Sequence record: SRR20825006_1147 | Direction: 5' to 3' (one strand) | Length of the DNA: 39,373 nt | Shown: in pieces, positions 7,438 through 16,101 of the stretch | How positions within the stretch are numbered: the stretch's first letter is position 1 | Layout: every line of letters begins with the position of its first letter | Translations under genes and position numbers: made by a program | The notes under the pieces: model-generated | Seen by the model: only the letters and a program-made list of their open reading frames with translations | What the model was told of the DNA's origin: nothing | The model's database searches: none

Positions 7438-9153
7438 TTGAAGAAATTCTTCCCCATATTTGACTGGTTACCAAACTACAAGAAAAGTTATCTGTCTGGT
7501 GATATTTCAGCAGGAATAACTGTTGGAATTATGTTGATTCCGCAGGGAATGGCATACGCAATGATCGCTGGTTTACCTCCGGTTTTTGGGCTCTATGCTG
7601 CTCTTTTACCTCAAGTCATTTATGCTTTAATGGGGACTTCGCGCCAAATCGCCATCGGTCCTGTGGCGATGGATTCGCTGATTATTGCTTCAGGATTGGG
7701 AGCGCTTTCGCTTAGCGGGATTGATGAATACATCGCGATGGCGATTTTTCTTGCATTATTTGTTGGGATCATTCAGATCCTTATGGGATTTTTAAAAATG
7801 GGCTTTCTCGTCAATTTTTTGTCTAAGCCGGTAATCAGCGGTTTTACTTCTGCAGCTGCATTGATTATTGGTATCACGCAACTTAAACATTTACTGGGTA
7901 TCAGCGTCACCAGCAACAGGACCTTGCCAATTATAAAGCAAACCTTAGCACAACTTGATCAGATCAATCCGGTTGCAGTGGCAGTTGGCCTTACAGGAAT
8001 TGGCATTATGCTCTTGATCAAACGTATTAATAGCCAGATTCCGGCCGCTATTGTTGTCGTGGTTTTTGGGATCGCTCTGGCCTATTTTACCCCACTTACT
8101 AATTATGGCTTGCTATTAGTGGGTAAAATTCCGCAAGGACTACCCGGCTTTGATATTCCCACAGTGCCTTGGGAAGATCTCGGTCAGCTTTTTACACTTG
8201 CCCTGGCGATGTCTCTTATTGCCTTTATGGAAGTTGTTTCCATAGGTAAAGCCTTAGAAGAAAAGGTCAAATCCAATACGATAAAGCCCAATCAAGAACT
8301 TATCGCATTAGGAACCGGGAATATAATCGGTTCCCTATTTCAATGTTATCCCACCACCGCGGGTTTTAGCCGAACCGCTGTAAACTTTCAAGCCGGTGCA
8401 AAAACAGGTGTAGCGGCATTCATAAGTGCCAGTCTTGTTGCACTCACATTGCTTTTTCTCACACCGGTGTTTTACTATTTGCCTAATGCAATTTTGGCTT
8501 CGATCATTATGCTTGCGATCACCAGCCTGATCGATTTAAAATATCCAAAGGAGCTCTATAAAAACCAAAAGGATGAGTTTTTTCTTTTAGTGACTACATT
8601 TATCATTACGCTGTTTGTAGGTATTCAAGAAGGAATCATTCTTGGCGTTTTGTTCTCGCTGCTGCTCATGGTTTATCGAACTTCAAAACCACATATGGCT
8701 GTTTTGGGTCAAATAAAAGGCACTACTTATTTTAAGAATATCAACCGTTTTGCCACCGATATTATTGACCGAAAAGACATCCTTGTCGTGCGTTTTGATG
8801 CGCAGTTATTCTTCGGAAATAAAGATTATTTCTATAAGGAGTTGAAGAAACACATCAAAGCTAAAGGACCGGACCTCAAAACGATCATTATTAATGCCGA
8901 AGCGATCAATTACATTGACAGCAGTGCGATCTACATTTTAAAATTTGTGATCTTAGAACTGCGTCAAAAGGAAATCACGCTGATGATCGCCGCTGCCACT
9001 GGCCCCACACGAGATATCCTATTTAAAACCGGAGTAACCGAATTACTAGGTGCCGAAAACTTATTTGTTCGTGTTGTGGAAGCTGTTGAATTTATTGACG
9101 GCGTACATCCGCGTACCGAAATTGAAGATCGTGTTTCACGACAAAAATTCTAA
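7438..9153 (+). CDS. SulP/SLC26 inorganic anion transporter with STAS domain (likely start TTG 7438; ORF track extends to 7384)
   Basis: GDISAGITVG..LIPQGMAYA, GTSRQIAIGP, NQELIALG..N, GFSRT, STAS motif RFDAQLFFGN and YIDSSA. Confidence 0.93.
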   Translation: MKKFFPIFDWLPNYKKSYLSGDISAGITVGIMLIPQGMAYAMIAGLPPVFGLYAALLPQVIYALMGTSRQIAIGPVAMDSLIIASGLGALSLSGIDEYIAMAIFLALFVGIIQILMGFLKMGFLVNFLSKPVISGFTSAAALIIGITQLKHLLGISVTSNRTLPIIKQTLAQLDQINPVAVAVGLTGIGIMLLIKRINSQIPAAIVVVVFGIALAYFTPLTNYGLLLVGKIPQGLPGFDIPTVPWEDLGQLFTLALAMSLIAFMEVVSIGKALEEKVKSNTIKPNQELIALGTGNIIGSLFQCYPTTAGFSRTAVNFQAGAKTGVAAFISASLVALTLLFLTPVFYYLPNAILASIIMLAITSLIDLKYPKELYKNQKDEFFLLVTTFIITLFVGIQEGIILGVLFSLLLMVYRTSKPHMAVLGQIKGTTYFKNINRFATDIIDRKDILVVRFDAQLFFGNKDYFYKELKKHIKAKGPDLKTIIINAEAINYIDSSAIYILKFVILELRQKEITLMIAAATGPTRDILFKTGVTELLGAENLFVRVVEAVEFIDGVHPRTEIEDRVSRQKF

Positions 9154-10107
9154 CTAATTAAACTTATAAGTACCGGCCAGAATCGCAAACCGGTGCGGTT
9201 CATTCCCTTTTATTTCACCTTCGGTATAATTCCATTTTAGACCTATAGCATAGCGTTTCTGTGAAAAGAATACACCAACGTGTCCGTTTAAAATATTGTG
9301 ATTTACCACGTTTTGCGGAACTACTTTTTCGCCTTGAGCATTGGCGTTTTCTATGGTCGCATTAAATGCTGAAAAATTCATATTAAAACCGGCTTCGAGA
9401 AAAATTTCGGTTTCACCATTACCTAGCAGGCTTTGTTGCCGTGCCACAGAACGCCCGATTGCATTAAACTGCCCAAACCTAAAATAAAGACCTTGCTCAA
9501 AAAAGGTAAAGATATTTCCCGCGGAAATTCGGCTAAAACTGTACAGGTTGAGCCATTTTTCAGTAAAAATATCCTGAGCATAATTAGCCCTCAAATTAAA
9601 ACCAAACTGATTCGGGATCTGGTCTTCCCATTGATCAACAAAAATATCCTTAGAAAATTTTTGATGAATAAAATTCTGAATATCCCCGGCGTGAACAGCT
9701 GGCCCTAAAATTCCCAGGTCAACTTTTAACTGTAAAAACCCGTTTTCAAATCCGTAGTTATTCGCAAAATCTACATAGCCCCAACCGGCATAGGGCTGTC
9801 TGGTTTTTACAATTTGATAGGTGCGCGCATAATCTGGCGTGTACGCTTGAATATGCGCCGCTACATAATGACTGAATGCCTTTTTATATGGAAAAAGCTG
9901 AGTGATAAAGTTGGTTTGTTTGGGTCGCCAACCAAAACCTAAATGAATTCCGTACGTATAATGCCAATCTGTACGTGTGCCAAAAATCGTAAAATCATTA
10001 TCGTGACCTGCCAGCACTTCGTATTTATAGGCGGTGTCTTGCTGTGCTTTCAGTAAAAAAGGAGTCATAAAAAGCCACAGGGCAATACCGATTTTTACAA
10101 TCTTCAT
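9154..10107 (-). CDS. LpxR-like (DUF2219) outer-membrane lipid A deacylase family protein
   Basis: Signal peptide; HDND...DWHYTYG, QAYTP, RQPYAGW, LGILGP...IQNFIH, WEDQI, AGN; beta-barrel-like C-terminus YKFN. Confidence 0.8.
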   Translation of the reverse strand: MKIVKIGIALWLFMTPFLLKAQQDTAYKYEVLAGHDNDFTIFGTRTDWHYTYGIHLGFGWRPKQTNFITQLFPYKKAFSHYVAAHIQAYTPDYARTYQIVKTRQPYAGWGYVDFANNYGFENGFLQLKVDLGILGPAVHAGDIQNFIHQKFSKDIFVDQWEDQIPNQFGFNLRANYAQDIFTEKWLNLYSFSRISAGNIFTFFEQGLYFRFGQFNAIGRSVARQQSLLGNGETEIFLEAGFNMNFSAFNATIENANAQGEKVVPQNVVNHNILNGHVGVFFSQKRYAIGLKWNYTEGEIKGNEPHRFAILAGTYKFN

Positions 10108-10206
10108 TGGTCTAAACTAAACAGTTTTAAATTTAAACATAACCGCTTTCATAGGAATGTCAAGATTTGATTAAATTTAAAAAGCACAATTCCATTCTAT
10201 AAAACT

Positions 10207-10677
10207 ATGTCACAAGCAGCAGCTCTGGCGCAAAGACTACAGGAAGTGATTCTTGATGGTACCTGGATCGCCAACACAAATTTTAAAAAGGAATTGAATA
10301 CGACCTCATTGGCGCAAGTTTCCAAACCTATTAGGTCCTACAATACTGTCGAGGATCTTGCGCAACATATTCACTATTATATCGCGGGTGTAAAGCAGGT
10401 TTTTCTTGGAGGTGAACTCAGCATCAGCGACCGATTTAGTTTTGATTTTGAGCCTTTACAAAGTGATCAGGAGTGGCACAATTTTTTAGCACTTTTCTGG
10501 AAAGATACCGAAGAATTGATCGCATTAATCCAACCGCTGAGCGATGCCCAACTAGACGCTATTTTTGTAAAAGAAGCATACGGAACTTATAAACGCAATA
10601 TTGAGGCACTTATTGAACACAGCTATTATCATCTGGGACAGATCGTACTGCTGCTAAAAACCGAAGCTTCAACGTAA
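10207..10677 (+). CDS. DinB/YfiT-like four-helix bundle protein
   Basis: NTVEDLAQHI and EHSYYHLGQI metal-binding His pattern. Confidence 0.85.
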   Translation: MSQAAALAQRLQEVILDGTWIANTNFKKELNTTSLAQVSKPIRSYNTVEDLAQHIHYYIAGVKQVFLGGELSISDRFSFDFEPLQSDQEWHNFLALFWKDTEELIALIQPLSDAQLDAIFVKEAYGTYKRNIEALIEHSYYHLGQIVLLLKTEAST

Positions 10678-10707
10678 TTTTACAGCCTTGAAACCGACCT
10701 AACATAC

Positions 10708-11589
10708 GTGGAAAAATATCTAAAGATCATACAAGATTCTTTTACAGGTTATTTTAATTACCTGATTGAAGAGATTACTAATCCCGGGTGGACCAACTAT
10801 TTCTACTGGCTGCTCGGATTGTCTTTACTTGTTTTTGCATTGGAGATCATAATTCCCTGGCGAAAAAAACAGCCTATTTTTAGAAAGGGTTTTTGGCTTG
10901 ATGCTTTTTATATGATCTTCAATTTCTTTCTCTTCTCTTTGATTGGTTATAACGCGCTTTCTAATGTAGGTGTTGAACTCTTCAATGACTTTTTAGGACT
11001 TTTTGGAATAGATAATCTGGTGGCGATCGAGGTTCAGGACTTTCCGGTGTGGGCACAACTTTTAATCATGTTTATCATCGCAGATTTTATTCAGTGGAAT
11101 GTACACCGAATGTTACATCGTGTGCCGTGGTTGTGGAAATTTCATCAAGTGCACCATAGCGTAAAAGAAATGGGTTTTGCTGCTCAGTTTCGGTTTCATT
11201 TTGTAGAAACTCTAGTTTATAAAAGCGCGCAGTATATTCCGCTGGCGATGATAGGTTTTGGGATCGAACAATTTTTTGTGGTACATATGTTTTCGGTGTT
11301 CATCGGGCATTTAAACCACGCCAATCTCGATTGGAGTTACGGTCCGCTGGGTTATGTGTTGAATAATCCGCGTATGCACATTTGGCATCATGCTAAGGCA
11401 CTTCCACCGGAGCATAAGTACGGAATGAATTTCGGTTTGAGTTTGAGCATATGGGACTATCTTTTTGGCACTGCATACGTTCCTAAAAGTGGAAAAGATA
11501 TAGAGATAGGTTTTGATGGTGATGAGCGCTTTCCACACGATTTTACGGGACAACTCACCTACCCTTTTAAAGAGCACTCTCAAAAGTAG
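10708..11589 (+). CDS. Sterol desaturase / fatty acid hydroxylase family membrane di-iron enzyme
   Basis: His boxes HRMLH, HQVHH, HLNHAN, HIWHH; NFG..LSIWDYLFGT; GTG start. Confidence 0.9.
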   Translation: MEKYLKIIQDSFTGYFNYLIEEITNPGWTNYFYWLLGLSLLVFALEIIIPWRKKQPIFRKGFWLDAFYMIFNFFLFSLIGYNALSNVGVELFNDFLGLFGIDNLVAIEVQDFPVWAQLLIMFIIADFIQWNVHRMLHRVPWLWKFHQVHHSVKEMGFAAQFRFHFVETLVYKSAQYIPLAMIGFGIEQFFVVHMFSVFIGHLNHANLDWSYGPLGYVLNNPRMHIWHHAKALPPEHKYGMNFGLSLSIWDYLFGTAYVPKSGKDIEIGFDGDERFPHDFTGQLTYPFKEHSQK

Positions 11590-11759
11590 ATCTACTCCAA
11601 TTCTTCGACCATTGAATGGTACGAATTTTCAAAATTTATGAAAGACTTTTAACAAGAAAACCTAGTGTTTCCACCGGTCCAAACCAAGATTGGGTTGTAA
11701 TTTTATAGCAGGTAAAAGCAGCGTATCGCTTTTGCTAAAATTCTCCAATACTTGCTCTC

Positions 11760-13142
11760 ATGGATGTAGAACTTCTCGCCCGAATACAATTTGCCTTTAC
11801 AGTAGCTTTTCACTATATCTATCCGCCTTTAAGCATAGGAATAGGTCTTTTAATGGTGGTTTTTGAAAGTTTATATGTTAGAACAAAAAAGGAAGATTAC
11901 CATATTCTCGCAAAATTTTGGACTAAAATCTTTGCCCTCACCTTTGGTATCGGTGTCGTTACCGGTATTGTAATGGAGTTTGAATTTGGCACCAATTGGG
12001 CCACCTATTCGCGCTATGTAGGAGATGTTTTTGGTAGTGCGCTCGCTGCCGAAGGTATTTTTGCCTTTGCTCTTGAAAGTGGTTTTCTTGGCGTTTTACT
12101 TTTTGGCTGGAACCGCGTAAAACCTTGGGTTCACTTGGTTTCAACAATCGGCGTATTTCTAGGTTCTATGTTTTCTGCAATATGGATCGTAGTCGCAAAC
12201 AGTTGGCAACAAACGCCGGCAGGATATCACATTGTTGGAGAAGGTATGCAAGCCCGTGCAGAGATCACTGATTTTTGGGCAATGGTTTTCAATCCGTCGA
12301 GTGTAGAACGTATTTGGCACGTTTGGCTGGGCGCTTTTCTAGCGGGAGTATTCTTAATTCTTAGTGTGCACGCCTATTATATCTTAAGAGGACGTTACGT
12401 GAGCATTTCAAAAAAAGCGTTTAAGATTACACTCGTAATCGCAACCATTACTTCGCTGGCACAGCTTGTAGCAGGGCACGCTTCGGCGGAAGTTGTGGCC
12501 GAACATCAACCGGCAAAATTAGCTGCGCTAGAAGGACATTATGATGAAAGCGCTGCGGCTGATATGTATTTGCTAGGCTGGGTAGATCAGGAGAAACAAG
12601 AAGTGACAGGGCTTGCCATCCCCGGCGGACTTTCCTTTTTATTAGATCAGGATTTTGAAGCTCACGTAACCGGTTTAAATGCTTTCCCCGCAGATGAGCG
12701 CCCTTCTCAGGTAAATGCTGTTTTTCAGTTTTATCACCTTATGGTCGCCATTGGAATATTTTTGATCGCGCTTACCTTATATGCTTCGTTTTTACTGTGG
12801 AAAAAGAAATTATTTACTAAAAAATGGTTGCTGTGGGTTTTTGTATTTACTGCACTGCTTCCGCAGATCGCCAATCAAGTAGGCTGGTTTTCAGCAGAAA
12901 TGGGAAGGCAACCTTGGGTTGTGTACGGTTTGTTGCGTACTAATGAAGCTTTTTCACAGGCAGTCACAGCAAATCAAGTATTATTTTCGCTCATTCTATT
13001 TTTTGCGGTGTACGCCCTACTCTTTTTACTTTTTGTATATCTGCTGAATAAAAAAATAAAACACGGACCTTATGAAGAGGCTAATGACGAGGATGACGAT
13101 CGACCGTTAACTAAAGAGATCAGCGAAGTAGTAACAGGATAA
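11760..13142 (+). CDS. cydA: Cytochrome bd ubiquinol oxidase subunit I (short Q-loop type)
   Basis: ARIQFAFTVAFHY, EFEFGTNW, QPAKLAALEG, AEMGRQPW. Confidence 0.97.
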   Translation: MDVELLARIQFAFTVAFHYIYPPLSIGIGLLMVVFESLYVRTKKEDYHILAKFWTKIFALTFGIGVVTGIVMEFEFGTNWATYSRYVGDVFGSALAAEGIFAFALESGFLGVLLFGWNRVKPWVHLVSTIGVFLGSMFSAIWIVVANSWQQTPAGYHIVGEGMQARAEITDFWAMVFNPSSVERIWHVWLGAFLAGVFLILSVHAYYILRGRYVSISKKAFKITLVIATITSLAQLVAGHASAEVVAEHQPAKLAALEGHYDESAAADMYLLGWVDQEKQEVTGLAIPGGLSFLLDQDFEAHVTGLNAFPADERPSQVNAVFQFYHLMVAIGIFLIALTLYASFLLWKKKLFTKKWLLWVFVFTALLPQIANQVGWFSAEMGRQPWVVYGLLRTNEAFSQAVTANQVLFSLILFFAVYALLFLLFVYLLNKKIKHGPYEEANDEDDDRPLTKEISEVVTG

Positions 13143-13151
13143 CAGAATAGT

Positions 13152-14189
13152 ATGGAAACAATTTTAGGTATAGATTATCCCACCTGGTGGTTTTTAGTGA
13201 TTGGTGGTTTATTCTCAGGCTATGCGATTTTAGATGGTTTTGATTTTGGCGCCGGGGCTTGGCATTTATTTTTTAAAAAAGAATTGAATCGACGTATCGC
13301 ACTTAATGCCGTTGGTCCTGTTTGGGATGGTAATGAAGTCTGGCTTGTGATTGGCGGCGGAGCCCTTTTTGCAGGGTTCCCAGTTATGTACGCTACACTA
13401 TTTTCCTCATTGTATATCCCGTTTATGCTGTTTTTGATCTTTATTATTTTCAGAGCAATTTCCATTGAATTTAGAGGAAAAGAAGAAATGCTTTGGTGGC
13501 GAAGACTTTGGGATGTGAGTTACAGCATTTCAAGTATTATGCTCGCATTTTTATTAGGAGTCGTTTTAGGAAATGTACTGCAAGGCTTTGCTATAGGTGA
13601 AAATTATCAATACACAGGATCAGGCTTTTTTGAATTTTTGAATCCGTATGCGATAATGACCGGTGTGACGACACTCGCCCTATTTATGGCTCATGGAGCG
13701 ATTTATCTTTTACTAAAAACCGAAGGCGCAATGTTTGATCAACTTACAAATCTGCTGCAAAAAGGAATGATCTTTTTTATGGTAAGCTTTGCGATCACCA
13801 CCCTTTATACACTGCTTTATATTCCGCATTTGTCTGACGACTTTAAAAGTGCGCCTATCCTATTTGCCGTGCCTGTGCTCACCTTTTTGAGTATTGCTAA
13901 CGTACCGCGTTTGGCGAGTAAAAAGAATTATAAACTAGCATTCTTCTTTTCGTCACTCACCATAAGTTTGTTACTAGTATTGGTTGCCGTAGAGTTGTAT
14001 CCTAACCTGCTTTTTTCAACGGTTGATCCTAAATACAGTCTGGATGTTTATGAAGCTGCATCTTCTGAGCGCTCTCTGGGAATTATGCTCTTATTTGTAG
14101 CTATTGGAGGCCCCTTAGTTTTGGGCTACACCTTTTTTGTTTACCGAACTTTCAGGGGAAAAGTCAAACTAGACGATCACAGTTACTAA
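13152..14189 (+). CDS. cydB: Cytochrome bd ubiquinol oxidase subunit II
   Basis: YAILDGFDFGAG, GPVWDGNEVWLV, FRAISIEFR; 9 bp after cydA. Confidence 0.97.
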   Translation: METILGIDYPTWWFLVIGGLFSGYAILDGFDFGAGAWHLFFKKELNRRIALNAVGPVWDGNEVWLVIGGGALFAGFPVMYATLFSSLYIPFMLFLIFIIFRAISIEFRGKEEMLWWRRLWDVSYSISSIMLAFLLGVVLGNVLQGFAIGENYQYTGSGFFEFLNPYAIMTGVTTLALFMAHGAIYLLLKTEGAMFDQLTNLLQKGMIFFMVSFAITTLYTLLYIPHLSDDFKSAPILFAVPVLTFLSIANVPRLASKKNYKLAFFFSSLTISLLLVLVAVELYPNLLFSTVDPKYSLDVYEAASSERSLGIMLLFVAIGGPLVLGYTFFVYRTFRGKVKLDDHSY

Positions 14190-14226
14190 ACGCATCTGAA
14201 TAAGAATTAGGCGGATTTTACAGCAT

Positions 14227-14255
14227 AAAAAAAGCCCCTGTTAACGGGGCTCTTT
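14227..14255. terminator. Probably bidirectional terminator between cydB and GH30
   Basis: A7-flanked AGCCCC-TGTTAAC-GGGGCT-CTTT; stronger T-tract on the minus strand. Confidence 0.75.
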
Positions 14256-14306
14256 GCTGCTTAAGGTATAAAACACACTTACAATTAACCTTTAAACAGT
14301 GTCTTA

Positions 14307-15887
14307 TTAATTTCTGGTTTCGAGTACTAGGGTAACTACCGCTTTTTTGGGAATCTCAAATCCGTTTTTGGTTTGTAGTGGCGTCAATTCAAGATTTGCA
14401 TCTGCTGAAGTTACATAACTTTTTGCGTCATACGATTCGGTATAGTTGCTCAGCGTAATTGCTTTATTTGTATTGCTGTCGTTTACAAAAACTAGTACGG
14501 TTTTATCTTTTTCCGGACTTCTAAAAGCAGAATATAAAAAGTTCTCATCCAGCGCATTTGCTTCAAGATCTTCAATGCGAATACGTCTATATCCCGGGCG
14601 AATGAATCTGCTATAATTACCAAGCGCCCATAGCATTTTACTCTCTAGAACAGCACCGTCATTTTTATTTTTATCAATATAAATCAAGCCATCTTTATAA
14701 TCATACGGGGAAATTGCTGTCCACCAATGCCAGGCACTCGCGTTAGCCACAACAAGATCAGTATTGATTACTTTGGCCATATACAGCGCCGAAGTCATCC
14801 CAAGATCTCTGCCGTTCCCCTCAATCTCGCCCGCATTATCGCCAAGAATACAATATTCACTCATCCAAAAATGAAGATCAGGAATTTTGTTTACTGCATT
14901 AAAAAGTGTTTTGCGCTGTTTAACCAGACTTTCAAAAGGCGAAGTCGTAAAATAACTATGCGCAGAAACCGACCTGCTCAGGTACTCGAGATCGCCTACA
15001 TATTCGCTTGAATTTTCATCAAAGAAGGTTTGGATCACATCTGCTCTACCTACTTTGTTTCCATTTTCAAAAAGATAATTGAGTTGTGCCGTTTCTGGAA
15101 TATCAATCAAAGTATGCTGTAGCTTACGCAATTTTAGCTCTTGATTGAGAGCCACAACCAAATCTTTAATCTGATCGTTCCAAAAAGGAGTACCCTCCTG
15201 ACCACCATCGGCCCAATCCCACTGCGGTTCATTTACCGGACTGATATAATCAACTTCAAGTCCCATAGTATCAAATCCTTCGGTCACATCTGCCAGGTAT
15301 TTAGCAAAGGCATTGGTGTTAGCTTCAGCGAGATTACTTTCTTTTTTATTGCTGGTATATGCTTTTCCGTTATTGGTGAATTCAACCGGCGGACTGTTAG
15401 AAAAAAGAAGTAGCTGCTCAACACCACGCTCTTTTGCCGCTTTAGCAAACCAAACTTGTCCGCTTTGCTTGCTCCAATCGTAAGTTCCTTCTTGAGTAAG
15501 AAAACTTTCGGCTCTGCGCCATTCATCGCGAATCCCGCTCGACTTTCCTTGTTCTGCGCTTCCGGCTCCTAAATTCAACCTCCATAGACTAAGACCTATT
15601 CCTTTTGGATTTCCCTCTTGATCCATTTGAGTACTGAATAAGAGATCAGCTATTTGCTCGCGTTTATGTATAGGCCAATTTTTCCCCACAAATTGAACAG
15701 ACCAAGCATCTGAAGCACCAAAATTGTCAATCTTTTGAAAAGTCTCTTCGGGATTCAGATGAAGCTGAACTGTTTCTTCAACAGATCCTGTAGCTTGATC
15801 ACTCTTTTTAAGCTTAAAACTTGCAAAGGCAATAATTCCGCCTAGCGCGAAAACAAAAAGTACTATTTTAACAAATTTAAGCTTCAA
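14307..15887 (-). CDS. Glycoside hydrolase family 30 (GH30_4-like; possible beta-1,6-galactanase)
   Basis: DNFGASDAW, GLSLWRLNLGAGS, LFSNSPP, SPVNEP (acid/base), WMSEY (nucleophile), GNYSRFIRPG; N-terminal hydrophobic leader. Confidence 0.85.
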   Translation of the reverse strand: MKLKFVKIVLFVFALGGIIAFASFKLKKSDQATGSVEETVQLHLNPEETFQKIDNFGASDAWSVQFVGKNWPIHKREQIADLLFSTQMDQEGNPKGIGLSLWRLNLGAGSAEQGKSSGIRDEWRRAESFLTQEGTYDWSKQSGQVWFAKAAKERGVEQLLLFSNSPPVEFTNNGKAYTSNKKESNLAEANTNAFAKYLADVTEGFDTMGLEVDYISPVNEPQWDWADGGQEGTPFWNDQIKDLVVALNQELKLRKLQHTLIDIPETAQLNYLFENGNKVGRADVIQTFFDENSSEYVGDLEYLSRSVSAHSYFTTSPFESLVKQRKTLFNAVNKIPDLHFWMSEYCILGDNAGEIEGNGRDLGMTSALYMAKVINTDLVVANASAWHWWTAISPYDYKDGLIYIDKNKNDGAVLESKMLWALGNYSRFIRPGYRRIRIEDLEANALDENFLYSAFRSPEKDKTVLVFVNDSNTNKAITLSNYTESYDAKSYVTSADANLELTPLQTKNGFEIPKKAVVTLVLETRN

Positions 15888-15984
15888 AACAGGTTTTTAA
15901 ATTTTAATATCCATTCGGTATTCAAAAGTGATTTTAACTACTACTTTTGTTGCATACAATTTTCACTATTTCGATTGAGTAAGA

Positions 15985-16020
15985 TGCGGTATAAATTGGT
16001 TGAAAGTGCGGTGCTAATTG
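15985..16020. promoter_or_regulatory. Direct repeat TGCGGT-N3-AATTG x2 with 22-bp period, putative HTCS (AraC-type) binding site
   Basis: TGCGGTataAATTG at 15985 and TGCGGTgctAATTG at 16007, in the GH30/HTCS divergent region. Confidence 0.65.
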
Positions 16021-16101
16021 TTCAACATAGATAAACACTGGGATGAGGCATCCCTTTTTTTTACCTTGTTTAAAGTTTACACACACAAATATGATTTTTG
16101 C

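Noticed and set aside
16018-16101. ORF-track N-terminal extension of HTCS-1 (likewise SulP 7384-7437)
   Set aside because: The extensions precede the signal peptide or family N-terminus and overlap regulatory or leader DNA.
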